Assembly: GCF_018350175.1 (NCBI RefSeq)
Contig: NC_058368.1
Location: 92,940,001-93,004,000 of the forward strand
Reading direction: 5' to 3'
Origin: Felis catus
Taxonomy: Eukaryota
Length of the DNA: 64,000 nucleotides
Shown here one piece after another: positions 1 through 13,901 of the stretch (positions within the stretch are counted from its first letter, which is position 1; every line of letters begins with the position of its first letter). The notes under the pieces are model-generated. The model had not been told where the DNA came from and ran no database searches. It saw nothing but the letters and a program-made list of their open reading frames with translations. A program made the translations under genes and the position numbers.

Positions 1-785
1 GCTTAGGCCTGAAGGAGCTGAAAATGAAATTAATCTCCCCATCTGATCTATTTTCTTACCATTAGTGAACTGTCTGCCAATACATTTAATTTAGGGCATG
101 TCAGCAATTACACTCATTTACTTACGCTCATCTGAGAGCCTGCGTATTACCTTTAAAATGCTTCATATGGGCCAACAGTTTTCCTTGAGGCAGACGAAAT
201 TGAAACAGTATATTTTAGAGGAAATAGCAATTTAAGGATAAATCAGCATCCATAACATAACATAACTAGACTCAATTATCAAAGTCAAGTCCAACTTTCT
301 CCTTGATCACTTGTAGAAAGAGGTATACTAATGTGGCATGAGGGTTTATGGACTGGATTTTCCTCTGGAGTTATGTGCAGTCCTGTAAGAAAGCCACATG
401 CAGAGTACAGCCTTATGCTATGAGTCCAGGTTTCACTGGGTATAAATTGAAGCTTCTTAATGTACTTTGCTCCAATATTCAGAAGGAGAAAGGAACAACA
501 GCATGGATTATTCCTTTGCAGAAAGGGCAAGAAGGTGTGATTATGGACCAGTGGACATAATGAAGAGTAGGGCAAATGAAGCCATTCATAGGTTTGTCAG
601 AAAGATCCCCTAGGGAACTATGATACCCTGCCAGACCAGATGCCAAAAGGAATGTGGAGGGCCGGGGAGAGCTAGCTGTCCAGCAGAGCCAACCATTAAG
701 TGCCAGGCAAGTATAACACAAGAAAGAATGTGATAGATGCTACAGGAGAGAAGGTGCAGAATGACTCCTGGCTCAAAAACATGGA

Positions 786-906
786 GGTGCACCTGGCTCA
801 GTCACTTGAGCATCTGACTCTTGATTTCAGTTCAGGTCAAGATCCCAGGGTTGTGGGATCAAGCCCCACGTCGGACTCTGTGCTGAGCGTGGAGTCTGCC
901 TAAGAT

Positions 907-937
<31 letters not shown>

Positions 938-978
938 GCCCTTCTCCTGATTGTTCTTTCTGTCTCTAAAAATTAGAA
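786..978 (+). mobile_element. Can-SINE
   Basis: tRNA-derived head, (CT)n, TSD caaaaacatgga at 774-785 and 979-990. Confidence 0.9.
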
Positions 979-1833
979 CAAAAACATGGAAAGAATATGT
1001 GAATAGTTTCTGATGTGGCATCAGGAATGGCTTTACAAATAGAGTCCAAACTGAACCTTGAAGAGACAGGCTGGATTTTGAAAGGTGACATAGAGATGGA
1101 AAGGCACACCAGGTAGGGAGAACATCTCTGCTGTCCTGAAGGCTCAACCCGATATGACTCCTTTCTCAAAGTCCTTCTTGTCACTTTCAAGTTGCAGGAA
1201 CCACCCTCTCTTCAAGCTTTTGGTGGCCCCTTCTCTAGCATTGGCAGCGTTAGGTCTGGACGATTGCATGCATGTCCCAGTGCCCTTACTGAGACGAAGA
1301 CAGCTTGAAGGCGGGATTCGAGTCAGACTCTGTCATGGAGGGCAGATATCCCGTCGAGTCCTCCAGTCGGAGGAAGTGCCCAGTAACATCAATGCATGAA
1401 TGAGAAAGGCAGACAGCTGTAGAGCCAGCACATCGCGTCCTGGTCTTATTTGAGAATTCTTAGTCTGTTCCCTTAGTGAGATTTTAAGTCCTCTTTTCCA
1501 CCCTTTGGCAATGGACCCTCCTGTGTGTACACACTAACACAAGAGAGAAAGGGAAGGTGGTAGGCAGGCAGGGAGGGGGAGGGAGTGGGAGAGAGAGAAT
1601 TCACTGCCATGCACAGAAACCATAGTGCTCCAGTGACCGCATTCCACACAATGAATGAAAGACCCTGTGCGAACACAGGACTGCCTCTCAGGAACATCTT
1701 TGTGGAAGAACAGTTTAGCAGCGCAGAAAGGATCAGTCGAGTTTTCTTTTCTCCATTAAAACAAAACAAAACAAAAACCTCTAAAGCACATTAAAAGTTT
1801 TAAAACACATTACAAATGAAAAAATATCACTCA

Positions 1834-2050
1834 GGGGCGCCTGGGTGGTTCAATCAGTTAAGCACTGGACTTCAGCTCAAGTCATGATCTCATAGTTTGT
1901 GGGTTTGAGCCCCGCATTGGGCTCTGTTCTGACAGCTCGGAGCCTGGAGCCTGCTTTGGATTCTGTGTCTCCCTGTCTCTGCCCCTACCCCACTCCCTTC
2001 CTGTCTCTCTCTCTCAAAAATAAACATTACAAAAATTTTTTAAAGAAAGA
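1834..2050 (+). mobile_element. Can-SINE (feline)
   Basis: ggggcgcctgggtgg head, AATAAA tail, TSD tatcactc. Confidence 0.93.
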
Positions 2051-3096
2051 GTATCACTCTACTCATAGACATGGGACAGTTCAACATTTGTAGAATATGT
2101 CATTTTCTTAGAGACTCTGTTTCCGGGGTACAGGATCCGTGCTAAAATAAGGTTCCATTTTTAAAGGTTAAATTTTTTCAAGGGACCGTTGACAAAAATG
2201 TATTCGGAGAAAACAGGAAAATTACAAATTAGAGAGATAGGACATAGCAACTGTGACTGTATCAAGATGCGGATGTTTCATAAATTATAAGCTCTTGAAG
2301 GGTTGGCGCTATGTATGCAAATGGGCAGATAAAAATCATAGTTCCCTTTCCCATAAAGCGCAGTTGGAAGTAGAGGAAGTGGTGTATGTGAAACAGACGT
2401 CTATGTTCATCAACTGTGGACTGCGTCTAGCAAAATACTCTTTTTAAAGCAAAACTCATTTCCCTTTTCCTGAAGGCGCGTATGTGCCAGGAAATGAGGT
2501 ACATCATGATCTACGGTCCAATATATCTTCATGTTGGACTTGCCCATCAATCAAAGTCTATCTGCTTTTGCAGCCACTTGACAGTTTCCTGTCTCACACA
2601 AGTCTGGAAACAAGCAAAGTTTCTGGCTGAAGACTCTACTTTTCTATAAATGTGGGCGATGGCTGGCTGAAAGAAAATCATATTAACATTAAGTCTGGGC
2701 GAACTTTTTAAGTGATTTTGTGTCTTTGCATTGATTGCCTATTTTTTTTTTTTTAACATTAGGCATTGACACATTTCCTCCTAACAAGATAAGGACACTG
2801 ATTTCAAAATGATTGAACCCAGGCATGTTTGTGGTTATTGAAGTAAGAGGTAAAAATGTAAATAAAATAGCGTTTCATTTACTGTCTCATTTGTGGTTGA
2901 TGAAGACGGTCTTTGGATTCCGGGAATTAAAGTCACTCTATTTAGCAATGACTGATTTATAAAATAAGAATCTCAACAGTGTAATAACCATGACTCTCAC
3001 TGGACAGGCTGCTTTGGGGCCAGCACACTTTGGCAGAGACTTCTTTGTTTTTAGTTGGATGAAATTTAAAATTTTGCTTTTAGAAAGTTTGTTTTC

Positions 3097-3317
3097 GGGA
3101 TGCCTCGGTGGCTCAGTAGGTTGAGCGTTCAGTTCTTGATTTCAGTTCAGATCATGATTCCAGGGTTGTGGGATCGAGCCCCACATCGGGCTCCACACTG
3201 AGTGTGGAGCTTGCTTGGCATTCTCTTTCTCTGTCCCCTCCCTTGCTCTCTCTCTCTCCCCCCCCCCCCGCCCCTCTCCCCTGCTTGCACACTTTCTCTC
3301 ACAGAATTAAAAAAAAA
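3097..3317 (+). mobile_element. Can-SINE
   Basis: Head, (CT)n, A tail. Confidence 0.9.
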
Positions 3318-3589
3318 TGTTTATTTTCACTGTCTTTGGCAGGCTCCCTCTCTCCTGGAAAATCATTATCATGTCACCTGTGTCCACTTTGTGTCTTACA
3401 TTGATATAAACATTTCTTCCCCTCTGCTTTGCTTAGTTTTATCAAGACTCAGTCAAGTGTGCTAAATACCTAGCACCGGGCCAGATATTTACTAGGTGCT
3501 CACTTTATTACTGTCATAACTAATAAGGTGTTTGCACATGGATTAGGGATGAATGTTCGGTTTCATTTCCAATATGCTTGATTTACATT

Positions 3590-3975
3590 TCCAAGTTCTT
3601 GCCCTGCTACTTACTTTTTTTAAGTTTTTTTTTAATGTTTGTTTATTTTTGAGAGTGTGAGACAGAGTGCAAGTGGGGGAGGGGCAGAGAGAGAGAGGGA
3701 GATGCAGAATCCTAAGCAGGCTCCAGTCTCCAAGCTGTCAGCACAGAGTGTGACCCACAGACCCTGAGATCATGACCTGAACCGGAGTCGGATACTCAAC
3801 AGGTCAATTGACGGAGCCACCCAGACGCCCCTCTCTGCTACTTATTATGTTGATACATTGGGCCAGTGACACTTTCCCTGAGTGCCACTTCTTCATCTGT
3901 AAATGGGGGAAGTCATACTATCTCACAAGGTGTAGTGAGGTTTCATAAGACAGTGAATGCAAAAGTGTTTTGGTT
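3590..3975 (+). mobile_element. MIR interrupted by a Can-SINE (TSD ctgctactta)
   Basis: MIR core: ctgagtgccacttcttcatctgtaaatggggg...ctcacaaggtgtagtgagg. Confidence 0.7.
3615..3831 (-). mobile_element. Can-SINE
   Basis: Antisense copy, T-rich tail. Confidence 0.9.
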
Positions 3976-5240
3976 TCTGTCAGGTGTGTCACACACGGTA
4001 GCTCTTGGTATTGAGAGGAAAAAGAATCCAAACATCACAATGGATTACTTCCTTGTATTATCTACTCCTATGCAAAGAAAGATCTTTCCACGTTGGAAAT
4101 AGAAGCAGCATGGCTTTCTCAGCCCCCTGGTGTGTGGGACCATTGAGATGCTAATTTATAGGACCGGGAGCTGCCCCAGCTCTTTCTCTCTGCTTCTTGG
4201 CATGAATTTCTGGCATGATCCCTTCTCTTCCTGCTGCTGGCTCTTTGAACAGGCTGTCCAGGCATTTTAAATTTGGCAACCAGTGCCGTGAATTGCTTCT
4301 TCTTAAAATAATTCAAATCATTTGATTTGGCTTGCCACTAAGCCTTTCCCCCCTCGATCCATTCTGTAGAAATAGGAGAGGGAAATGTGAATGTCCTCAT
4401 GGACCCAGCCTAGTTCCATCTTCTGTTCAAGTACAAACCCCCATATGGTCAAGAACACAAGTGTTGCCCTTTCCCAGAACAGCTGACCCTGCCCAAAATT
4501 CTTAGCACTAATGCCTGAGGCCTTCTAAGGATCGAATGGAACCCCTGGAGAATTTATATTGGCGGAGGTATGTAAGCTGTCCTCCTGTAAATTCCTGTAG
4601 GGGTTAAGCCCTAATGATTGAGGAAGATCTAAAATGGAAAAATCAGCTCTAACTGGAGAGGGTTGCACTTGACAGAATTTCCTAGCAACCTCCCAGTTTT
4701 CAAGGCAATGTTTATGTGGTGCTTTTTGCAGTGATGCCTTTGTTATTGCTATGTAACATGGCTCATTTTCTCAGTAACCTATGTAGCTCAAGGAAGATCT
4801 ATGGTAAAGACTGAAAAACCCCAATTGTCAGTAATTGCAAAGTACCTGGTTAATTACATTTTGAGCTGGAAACATGCTTTTTCGGATCTGCTGTACTGCT
4901 ATTGTATTTATAAGCTCCCCTGCCTCTCGGAAATTTATTTTGATCTCTGTAAAAGAGAAGATATTAGTATGAGTTGCTATTACACATTTTCTTGGTTTTT
5001 GTTCAGTTGGTGTCCACTTACATTGCTCCTGAACCTGTTAGCTTCGTTATTTGAACATTTATTCTGAAATAGAAGGGAATTTTCAATTTCCTTCTGTTGG
5101 GACACTGACTGTTGTCGATGCCTTCAAATTCAAGTGGACCTTTGCATTCACAAGGGGATCTTCCCAAGGTCTTCAAGAACCCTCAGTTGATTGATTTCAG
5201 GGTACATTTGGTTTCCCCTCTCCATGGAACAACAGAAGAA

Positions 5241-5685
5241 TTTTTTAAAATGTTTATTTATTTGTTTTTGAGAGAGAGTGTGCTCGAGAGTCGGGGAGGG
5301 GCAGAGAGTGAGGGAAAGAGAGATCCCAAGCAGCCTCTGTGTCTGTGCTGTCAGCACAGAGCCTGACACGGGGCTCGATCTCACAAACTGTTGACATGAT
5401 CTGAGCCGAAATCAAGAGTTGAACACTTATCCAACTGTACCATCCTGGCGCCCCAGAAATAGAAGATTGTTTTTAAAAAAATTTTTTAACGTTTATTTAT
5501 CTTTGAGAGAGAGAGAGAGAGCACTAGTAGGGTAAGAGCAGAGAGGGAGGGAGACAGAATCTGAAGCAGGCTCCAGGCTCTGAGCTGTCAGCACAGAGCC
5601 CGATGTGGGGCTCGAACCCACAGACCTTGAGATCATGACCCAAGCCGAAGTCAGATGTTAACTGACTGAGCCACCCAGGCGCCCC
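5241..5685 (-). mobile_element. Two adjacent Can-SINEs (5241-5454, ~5470-5685)
   Basis: Two antisense heads; TSD tagaagatt around the second. Confidence 0.92.
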
Positions 5686-6477
5686 ACTAGAAGATTCTTA
5701 ATGTTACTTTTCAGACCCTTAACAGTTCTAGATATATAAGCTTACATCTTTTGTCTGCCTGTAGCTATTAACGACAGCTACTAAAATAAGCCCAACCCTT
5801 TACTACCCGATCATCTTTTGCTAGGAACCTAAATTAGCAAAAACTGTTACTGTGATAAGATATTCAGATGTGTGGACAAAGATGAAAGTGAAGAAGAAAT
5901 ATATTGCATGGCAGTTTAAAGCATATCACGGCAGCTCGTGAAGGTGACCCAAAGTTCTAGGGTGTAGCTGTCAGGTATCAGAGGAGATGACCTACCCTCA
6001 GATTTGTTTAGACTCACAGCTTCTTCCCTTTGGATATGCACATTTGCAAAAGGCATCTTCCTTTAATATATGTGCATTTCCTGTCTTCAACTCTGGAGAT
6101 AGGTTTTTGCAGTTAAGTGGCCCTTCCCCTGTTAATTTCACACCATGGAACATTTACAAAAACGCTTCCTAAAATTTACACATGGAAATGGTCATTCCAG
6201 GCGTTTTACTCGTTGCTTCATAGAAATATTTGTTTGGGCCATCTGCCAGTATGGCTGTTCAGTGAAAGGGTTTGTTTATTTATTTTTTCATAACTACATG
6301 TTTAATTTTGATGAACATTTTATTTCTAATTTGATAAACTGCTTTTGCACAGGGTGTAAGCACTTGCTAAAATGGTTTCCTGGATCATTTTTCTGTTTCT
6401 ACAGTATTTATGTAGTTGGCCCTGGTGTGTAGATCAGAGCCACCTTCTGATGCAATTTTTAAAATAAATATTCTTTA

Positions 6478-6700
6478 GGGGCACCTGGGTGGCTCAATCG
6501 GTTGAACCTCTACCTCTGTATTTCGGCTCAGGTCATGATCTCGTGGTTTGTGGGATCGAGCCCCATGTCCAGCTCTGCGCTGACAGCTCAGAGCCTGCTT
6601 GGGATTGATTGTCTCTCTCTCCTTCTCTCTCTGCCCCTCCCCCACAATGTTCACGCTGTAAGTAAGTAAGTAAATAAATAAACTAACTAACTTAAAAAAA
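6478..6700 (+). mobile_element. Can-SINE
   Basis: Head and tail, TSD aatattcttta. Confidence 0.92.
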
Positions 6701-6711
6701 TATGAATATTC

Positions 6712-7115
6712 TTTATTGTTGGGGTAGTTTTACATTCATAGGAAAATTGAGCCGAAAGCGCAGAGTTCCTATGTTTGCCCCTCCCCCTACACATAGCTTT
6801 CCTATTAATTCCCTGCTTTGGAGTGGTATATTTGTGACCATTGATGAGCCAGTATCGATACATTACTATTATTAACTGCAGCCCATAGTTTACATTAGGG
6901 TCAACTTTTGGGTTGTCCAGTTCTATGGCTTTTGCCAAATACTTACTGGCATATACTCTCCATTACAGTATCATAGAGACTATGTTCACTGTTGGAAAAA
7001 TGCCTTGGGCTCCCCCTACTCATTCCTCTCTCTTCCGCCTCCCTCTCTCCTGGCAGCTCCTGGCAACCCCTGAATTTCTTACCACCTCTATACACCGGGT
7101 TGCCTTTTCTAATAT
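6712..7115 (-). mobile_element. Old L1 (L1MC/MD-type) 3' end
   Basis: Resembles an L1M 3'UTR in antisense (gaaaattgagc...cagagttcc...attgatgagcc...gtttacattagggt). Confidence 0.7.
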
Positions 7116-7999
7116 AGCTGTTCCCTCTTCAAAACTTGTTTTAAAAAAAATTCTGGCCAAGAACTATGCTTTGGACTTGGATTATTTTCTGTTCATTTCC
7201 TCGCTGAACCAGCAGAAGATTTTCTTTTCAACAAGAATATGAATGGTACCACCCAAACGTTACTGCCAAGGTAGCAGAAGTGTAGGACAAAAATAGCCAG
7301 CCAGCGGTATAGGTAGGAAAAGGCCCACTCCCTTGCTAAATGACTCCCTCTTGCATATGGAGCTTTGGAGCCTAAGAGTCAAATGTAGCAAAATGGTAAG
7401 TTGCTACGTGGCTTGGGTCTTTGGGTACTCTAGAGAGCCCTCCAAACCATGAGGGTTAGGTCCCCAAGTGCCAAAGATCCATTCTTCTAGGGGTTAAGCC
7501 CTAATGATCCAGGAAGATCTAAAATGGAAAAATCTGCTCTAACTAGAGAGGATTGCACTTGACAGAATTTCCTAGCAGGCTTGAGCACGTCCTTGAGGCT
7601 AGGTTCTCTAGCAAGACCCCGTGGGTTTGATTGCTGCCCTGTGTACCCACAGCCTAGCTTGATTCATAGACCATGAAATCACTGGAATTAGAAGGTATAA
7701 GTGACCCCAGTGTAGGAATCCTAGAATGGGAGCCAACAGGAATCAGAGTCCTCTTATCCATGCTTCGTGGCTTCCAAATGTCTCTACCCCATGAAGACAT
7801 GAACACCTGAACACCTGGTCTCCTCTCCTTGTTGTGGGTCACATTCCCATAAATGGTTTGTTATAACTGGTGATGCCAGTTAATTCAAACAACGCTCACT
7901 GGTTGCAGGCACCTAATAAAATAATTCCAGCGCTTGGGGTATCTGGTCAAATGGGGTGCCAACACTTATTTTACAAAGCTATTAAAAGGCAAGTTTACC

Positions 8000-8428
8000 G
8001 GGGAGCCTGGGTGGCTCAGCGGGTTAAACATCCTACTTCAGCTTAGGTCATGATCTCACGGTTCGTGGGTTTGAACCCCCGTACTGGGTTTTGGGCTGTC
8101 AGTGCAGAGCCTGCTTTGGATCCTCTGTCTCCTCCTGTCTCTGCCCCTCCCCTGCTTGCACTCCTGCTCTCTCTCTCAAAAATGTATAAACATTGAAAAA
8201 AAAATGGCAAGTTTACTGTGTGCCATGGAACATAATTAAACAGTTTAAGGGGCGCCTGGGTGGCTCAGTTGGTTAAGCATTTGATTTTAGCTCAGGTCAT
8301 GATCTCACGGTTGCTGAGTTTGAGCCCCGTGTCAGGCTCTGTGCTGACTGCTTGGAGTCTGCTTGGGATTCTGTGTCTCCCTCTCTCTGCTCCTCCCCCA
8401 CTCAAGCTCTGTCTCTCTCAAAAATAAA
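8000..8428 (+). mobile_element. Two Can-SINEs (8000-8204, 8249-8428)
   Basis: Two heads; TSD ggcaagtttac around the first. Confidence 0.92.
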
Positions 8429-8460
8429 CAGCTTTATGCTATACAACTCAGCTGAGGCAG

Positions 8461-8466
<6 letters not shown>

Positions 8467-8528
<62 letters not shown>

Positions 8529-8530
8529 TC
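8467..8530. repeat. (TTTC)n microsatellite
   Basis: Direct reading. Confidence 0.97.
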
Positions 8531-9476
8531 ACATCTCTCACTTCTATTTTACATCTCTCACTCTGTCTTAAAAAAAAGGGACTGTTTTCCGTATTTAGGA
8601 TTCATACTATTTCATTGCTCTTTTCAGTGCTTAGATGGTTTAAAAATGAAATACTTTACTATATTTTCATCTTTCATGAAATAAGCAGTGTTGATTAAAA
8701 ACAGACTGCAACAGTTGTCAGCTCCCATTACTGCAAATTCAGACTATTCATATTTCTTTATTTTATTGGATTTGGGCTAATTAAATATTTTGATTGTCGA
8801 AAGGATGTTTCTCGAAATAAAGCAACCCTGTTAACGCCCTTTGTAAGGTTATATCTAGAAAGATGTAACAGAAATATGTAAAGAACCCTTAAGAGGTCTC
8901 TGGGTCCTTGAACAGAGGAGCTTTTCTGTGGAATGATTGTACTGGAATATTCCATTCATGGAAGCAAAGGTTATCCATGATGCATAGATACATAGAGTAG
9001 GGAAGCTGGCAGAGACCAGGTATTATCCTGAGGGTGAGATTTGAAGGGAGACCAGAAAACCATCCAGCCTAGGTCTTATATTAACCAGGGATCTCCAATT
9101 GAGAGACTGTCTCCCATAAGTTTATGCATGCAACATTGAGAAACATTGATAGCACTAAGATATATTCACACATCTTCTATAATTTATCATTTTTGTAACC
9201 GATTTTAGCATTTCTTCATCTATCAGGAGCCCCCCAGATGGTAGCAGCCAAGGGAGTTTTTGATTTATAGGAGGTACAGTTATGGTACCTTACAGAACTT
9301 TCAGATCTGTATTATTATAAATCCTTTTTTAGCAATAAGCTTCTTTTTAGCCTGTGACATCTGTGCAGAGTCCCAACCTAGAAGACAGAACCAGAACTGC
9401 TTTTTGGAGTGAGAGGTCACCTCAGCCCTGTTCTGGCATCTAAGACACCTCTGGGGGCAGGGGGCAGGGGTGGGGG

Positions 9477-9900
9477 GAAGCACCTGGGTGGCTCAGTTGG
9501 TTAAGCTGCTGACTCTTGATTTCGGCTTGGGTCATGGTCTCGTAGTTCATGAGTTTAAGCCCCATATCTGTCTCTGTGCTGCCAACTAGGAGCCTGCTTG
9601 GGATTCTCTCTCCCCCTTTCTCTCTCTGCCCCTTCCCTGTTCATGCGTGCTCTAAATAAACAAATAAATAAAATGGGGCACCTGGGTGGCTCAGTCGGTT
9701 AAGTGTCTGACTTCTGCTTGGGTCACGATCTTGCGGTTTGTGAATTCAGGTCCTGTATTTAGGCCAAGAGCCTGCCTCGTATTCTGTGTCTCCCTTGCTC
9801 TCTGCCCCTCCCCCACTCACACTCTGTCTCTCTCTCTCTCTCTCAAAAATAAACATTAAAAAAATTAAAAAAATAAACTAACTTAAATTAAAAACAAAAA
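9477..9900 (+). mobile_element. Tandem Can-SINEs (9477-9673, 9675-9900)
   Basis: Two heads in tandem, the second starting in the A tail of the first. Confidence 0.9.
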
Positions 9901-12900
9901 CATGTGTATAAATATTTAATACATACGGATTTCTAGCCCAGCCACTTAAAACATGCTCCCATAAAGTTGTTATAGTATTAAGGCTCATGTATGCAATTTA
10001 CAAATATGTATATATTCACACGTGAGGATCATGGTCGTATCTGAGATGCGATACACACATGCACGAAAGGAAGGTGAGGAAAGGAATGGTTTGGGGTGCT
10101 CTTTGAATCACTGCAGTTACTTTGTAAATGTTTATGGAATAAATTCCAGATTCTGGGCCTAGGCTAAAGCCCTCTGAGAGCAGCAAATGCCTTCCAGAAG
10201 GGGCTTTTCAGAAGGGCTGCATCCCTGCAACGTCTTCCCAGACGGTTTTGGGTTTTGCTTTGTTTTCTTTCTGGCCCTTGGTTCATGCCTTCATCTGTCT
10301 TCCTAGTGAACCCTAGCTGACCCTTTGCTGCCACCATAACTTTCTGCCTTTGAGACATAGCCCATTCATTGAGATCTTGTAGACATAGAAAGAAAATAGA
10401 GGCTTGTCTGGACTGCAGACATTTAGAAGGTTATTGATCTCATTTTTTTTTTTTTTTCTGGGAAGCCAGCTGTGTAATGTCTCAAACCCAGCTCAGAGGA
10501 ATACACTTTTTGCAAAGCTTACATCACCTGGCCTTCAGACTCCCTCTGGGAATCATTTCTCCATTGACTCTCCACTAAGCAACCCTCTTCCAAGGTGATT
10601 TTGACTTTGGAACCCCCAGCTCCTTAATCAAAAGACCCCGAAATGGCTCAGGACAGTTCTATTAAGCGTGGTTTAACCTGAGCTTGCAACAATAGCAAAA
10701 CACATCCATCTTCCCTTAGATGGTGATTGTTGGACTCGAACCTGTGTTGGCCTGAGATTAACCTGCTTCTGACTTTGCTTCTTTTTCAGATCTTACTTTC
10801 ATGTCTGACACCATCCCCTCCCCAGTTTTGGCTTTAGGGGTACTGTGGTAGTGTTGCTGGCTCCGAAGAGTCCTGCCCCTCTGTGAGATAGGTGCTACAG
10901 CTAGTCTTAGAGGGAGCAGGAATTTTGGAGATCGATCTAATGGTTAATTCCCGGCTGCAGAAATGAACTAGTGGCTCTGGGAGATAAAGCGCCATACAGA
11001 GTCAGGAGGCTATTGGTGGTATCAGTCAGTACAGGGTTAAAGGGAAGCAGCAGGAAGCAGATTCTATGTCAGGGAGTCAGGGAATGCCAATAGAAATGAA
11101 AGTGGCTTACACATTCGCTGTTACTTGCAATTCCATAATAATGCCATATTGAGCAAGATGGACTTGATGGGTTGCCAGGGAACTGCCCATGATGGGTGGT
11201 GTGCCTGCTGGTCTGCGCAGTGGCTCAAATGTGACTATGAAATGGGTTGAGAGGCACTGAGGGGACAAGAGGAAAGGCACCAGAAGGAGCAGAGCTAATG
11301 GGCAGAGGAAGCCGCTGACCAACAGTACACCTGGCTCTTGGCTGTAGTGTATCAGTACTCTAAACAGGTGTGTACCCCCTATGCTTTTAGTTCCACCGCT
11401 GCATGGCTGCCTCAGGCAACCAAACAACGCAACCCTGACGTCTACTGTGCACCTGACAATGTCCTGCTTGTTACCTGTCTGCCCTTAGTTGGACTACATT
11501 TCTGCTTTCTGGCAGTGCTTATTAGTTTAGTTTCTTTCTTGACTAGGCAGGATAAAGCTGTGTTTTGAGGAAAAGTCAATGGAGTTTAAAGACAGGCACT
11601 TGAAGTGCCCGATCTATGGTCTATAACTCATTCTGGAATATTTGAAGTCTCTTGCCAAATTCTTATTAACTCCCAATATTTATTTCTTTGATGGTGTCTT
11701 GTAGTATCTTTCTTTGCTAGTAAAATCTGAAGGATGGCTGCTCACGTAGGTAATATAAGAGTATTTTGTTTAATGTATGGATTTATAATTCCAGATCTAA
11801 AAGAATTGAGACTTCAAATAATATATAAACTGTAGCTGTAGTATGTATCCTATATTATCATGTCATTATATGTAATTATATACTTATAACAATTATAATG
11901 CTCTATTGTATGAGAACATATAATTATATAGGATAATTCATATGTATAAATTATTATATATAAATTGCTATTCCACATTACTGTTCACTAGTTGACAGGC
12001 ACTTGAATTACATTATTTCTGTAATCTTAAATTTGTTCAGGATTCACTGACTAAATTTCTATGCTGTGGGTATAAATTATAGCTGCATTGAAATTCTCTT
12101 CCTTCCTAACCCCTCCTCCATACTCCCTGCTGTCTGCTCCTTGGGAAGGTTCATTTCCTGTGAATGTGTGTTATTTCATTATTTTGGTTGTGTTCCTTTC
12201 CACCATTTTCACTCAACAATTTAAGTGGTGGAGCTGAAAGAGACCTTGGAGAACCATGATTTCACTGTGGGTAAACTGAGGCTCAAAGATACTAAGTGAG
12301 GCATCAGGCATGCCATCCTACACTTTGACCACTCTAGGGTTCTTTCTGATGTCCCCCACCATATCCAGACCTCAGTGCAAAATACTGAAACTCTGGGGAC
12401 ATATTCAGAAATGCTTAATGCGTCGCAATGGGCAACTTGCCAAGAATGGGGAAAATAAAGTCTCTCAAGGGTGTCCTTCATAAGCAAGGCTATGTTCTAG
12501 GTGGGAATGGAGAGAAGTCTGCTGGCCTCTTCTGTGGTCAGTGTCCTACCATGTTATCCTCAGGAGGATGAGGCTTCCAGCCCATCTCCATTGGGGCATC
12601 CATCCAGAGCTCCCTTGCAGGCAGGTTTCCTACAGGGGCAAGGCATTTCTCTGAAGAGCCCTGCAAAGGGAAAGAAAGCAGACGCTATTCAAATGCACCT
12701 ACTAGAAGTTCAAACCCAGCCTTTCTATCATCATTTGGCTATTTGTATGAACATAGTGGAAATTCATAGTGGAAATGAATGCTCTCATATATAGCAACGT
12801 AGAATACAGCCTGAAGTTCAGAGAGATAAAAGGGGGTCCTTTAATACCCATAAATATATTTAAAGCTGAGATGAGTGGCTGGGTAGGAAGTCATTGTTTT

Positions 12901-13901
12901 ATATGAAAATATCCACTCTTTTGCCATGATTTTATTATATTCCTTGTTCATGATAAATAAATCTTTATGCATTGAGGAAAAAGTCTGACTTACAATGCAT
13001 CCAGGTTAAGCAAAATGTAGTAGAACACAATTATTTATTGCTCCTACATCAAACTGTATAAAATATTTTTATAGTGTTTTTACTAGTGTTCCATTATCAT
13101 ACTAAAATACCGCCATTTTTTTTTCATTTTTTTTAAAGAAGTTTAAACCAAAGAGACTTTGCACCATCCCGTCTTCTGTCTCATTCTGTGTTTTTTATAT
13201 GCTAACCATGGCACTTATAATGAGCTTGTAGAAATTCTCTGTCTTTGTCCTGGTTATTAGTCCAAGGAAAGAATCAAATGTAGCCTTTGACACAGAGCTC
13301 CAGGAAAGACTTCACTCATTTTCCATCTAGCTCAGGTCTCTCCTTAAAGCAGCTGTGGAGAAAATATTCAATAGTGATACCTCCTTGTCTTCTTAAATGG
13401 AAGTTTTAACAAAAGTAAAAGCTGATCCCCATTTTCTCCACCCCTCCCCTAATATGAATGAATAATCATTAAAGAGGAAAAGATTCAAGGGTAATCAACT
13501 AATGTATTGAATGGGCGGACTCCCTCGGGTGAGATCAGGTACAAGCTTTATGTTCAGATCACTTCTTTTAAATACTCTCTGTCCTTCTTTAATCTGAGTA
13601 ATTATCTCAGGCAGCCCTCAGATCTTTTCTGGGTACTTGAGAGTATTAGATCAGTGAAGGTTAAAACAAAACAAAACACCTCAGTCCAATTTAAGTAGGA
13701 ACTTATAAAGCATTCATCCAATTCCTAACTTCTTCCTCATCAGATCTGGCCCAGCTGGTGATGCCATAGCCAGGGTAGGGAGTGGGATGGGGGAGGGGAT
13801 GATCTGTTCCTCTCAATGCTTGATGCATCTCTTTCCTTAATCATTCAAGAAAAAGCATAAGGTGGGGGATAGTGACAGGTAAAGGAGTAGAGGTTGTCTT
13901 G

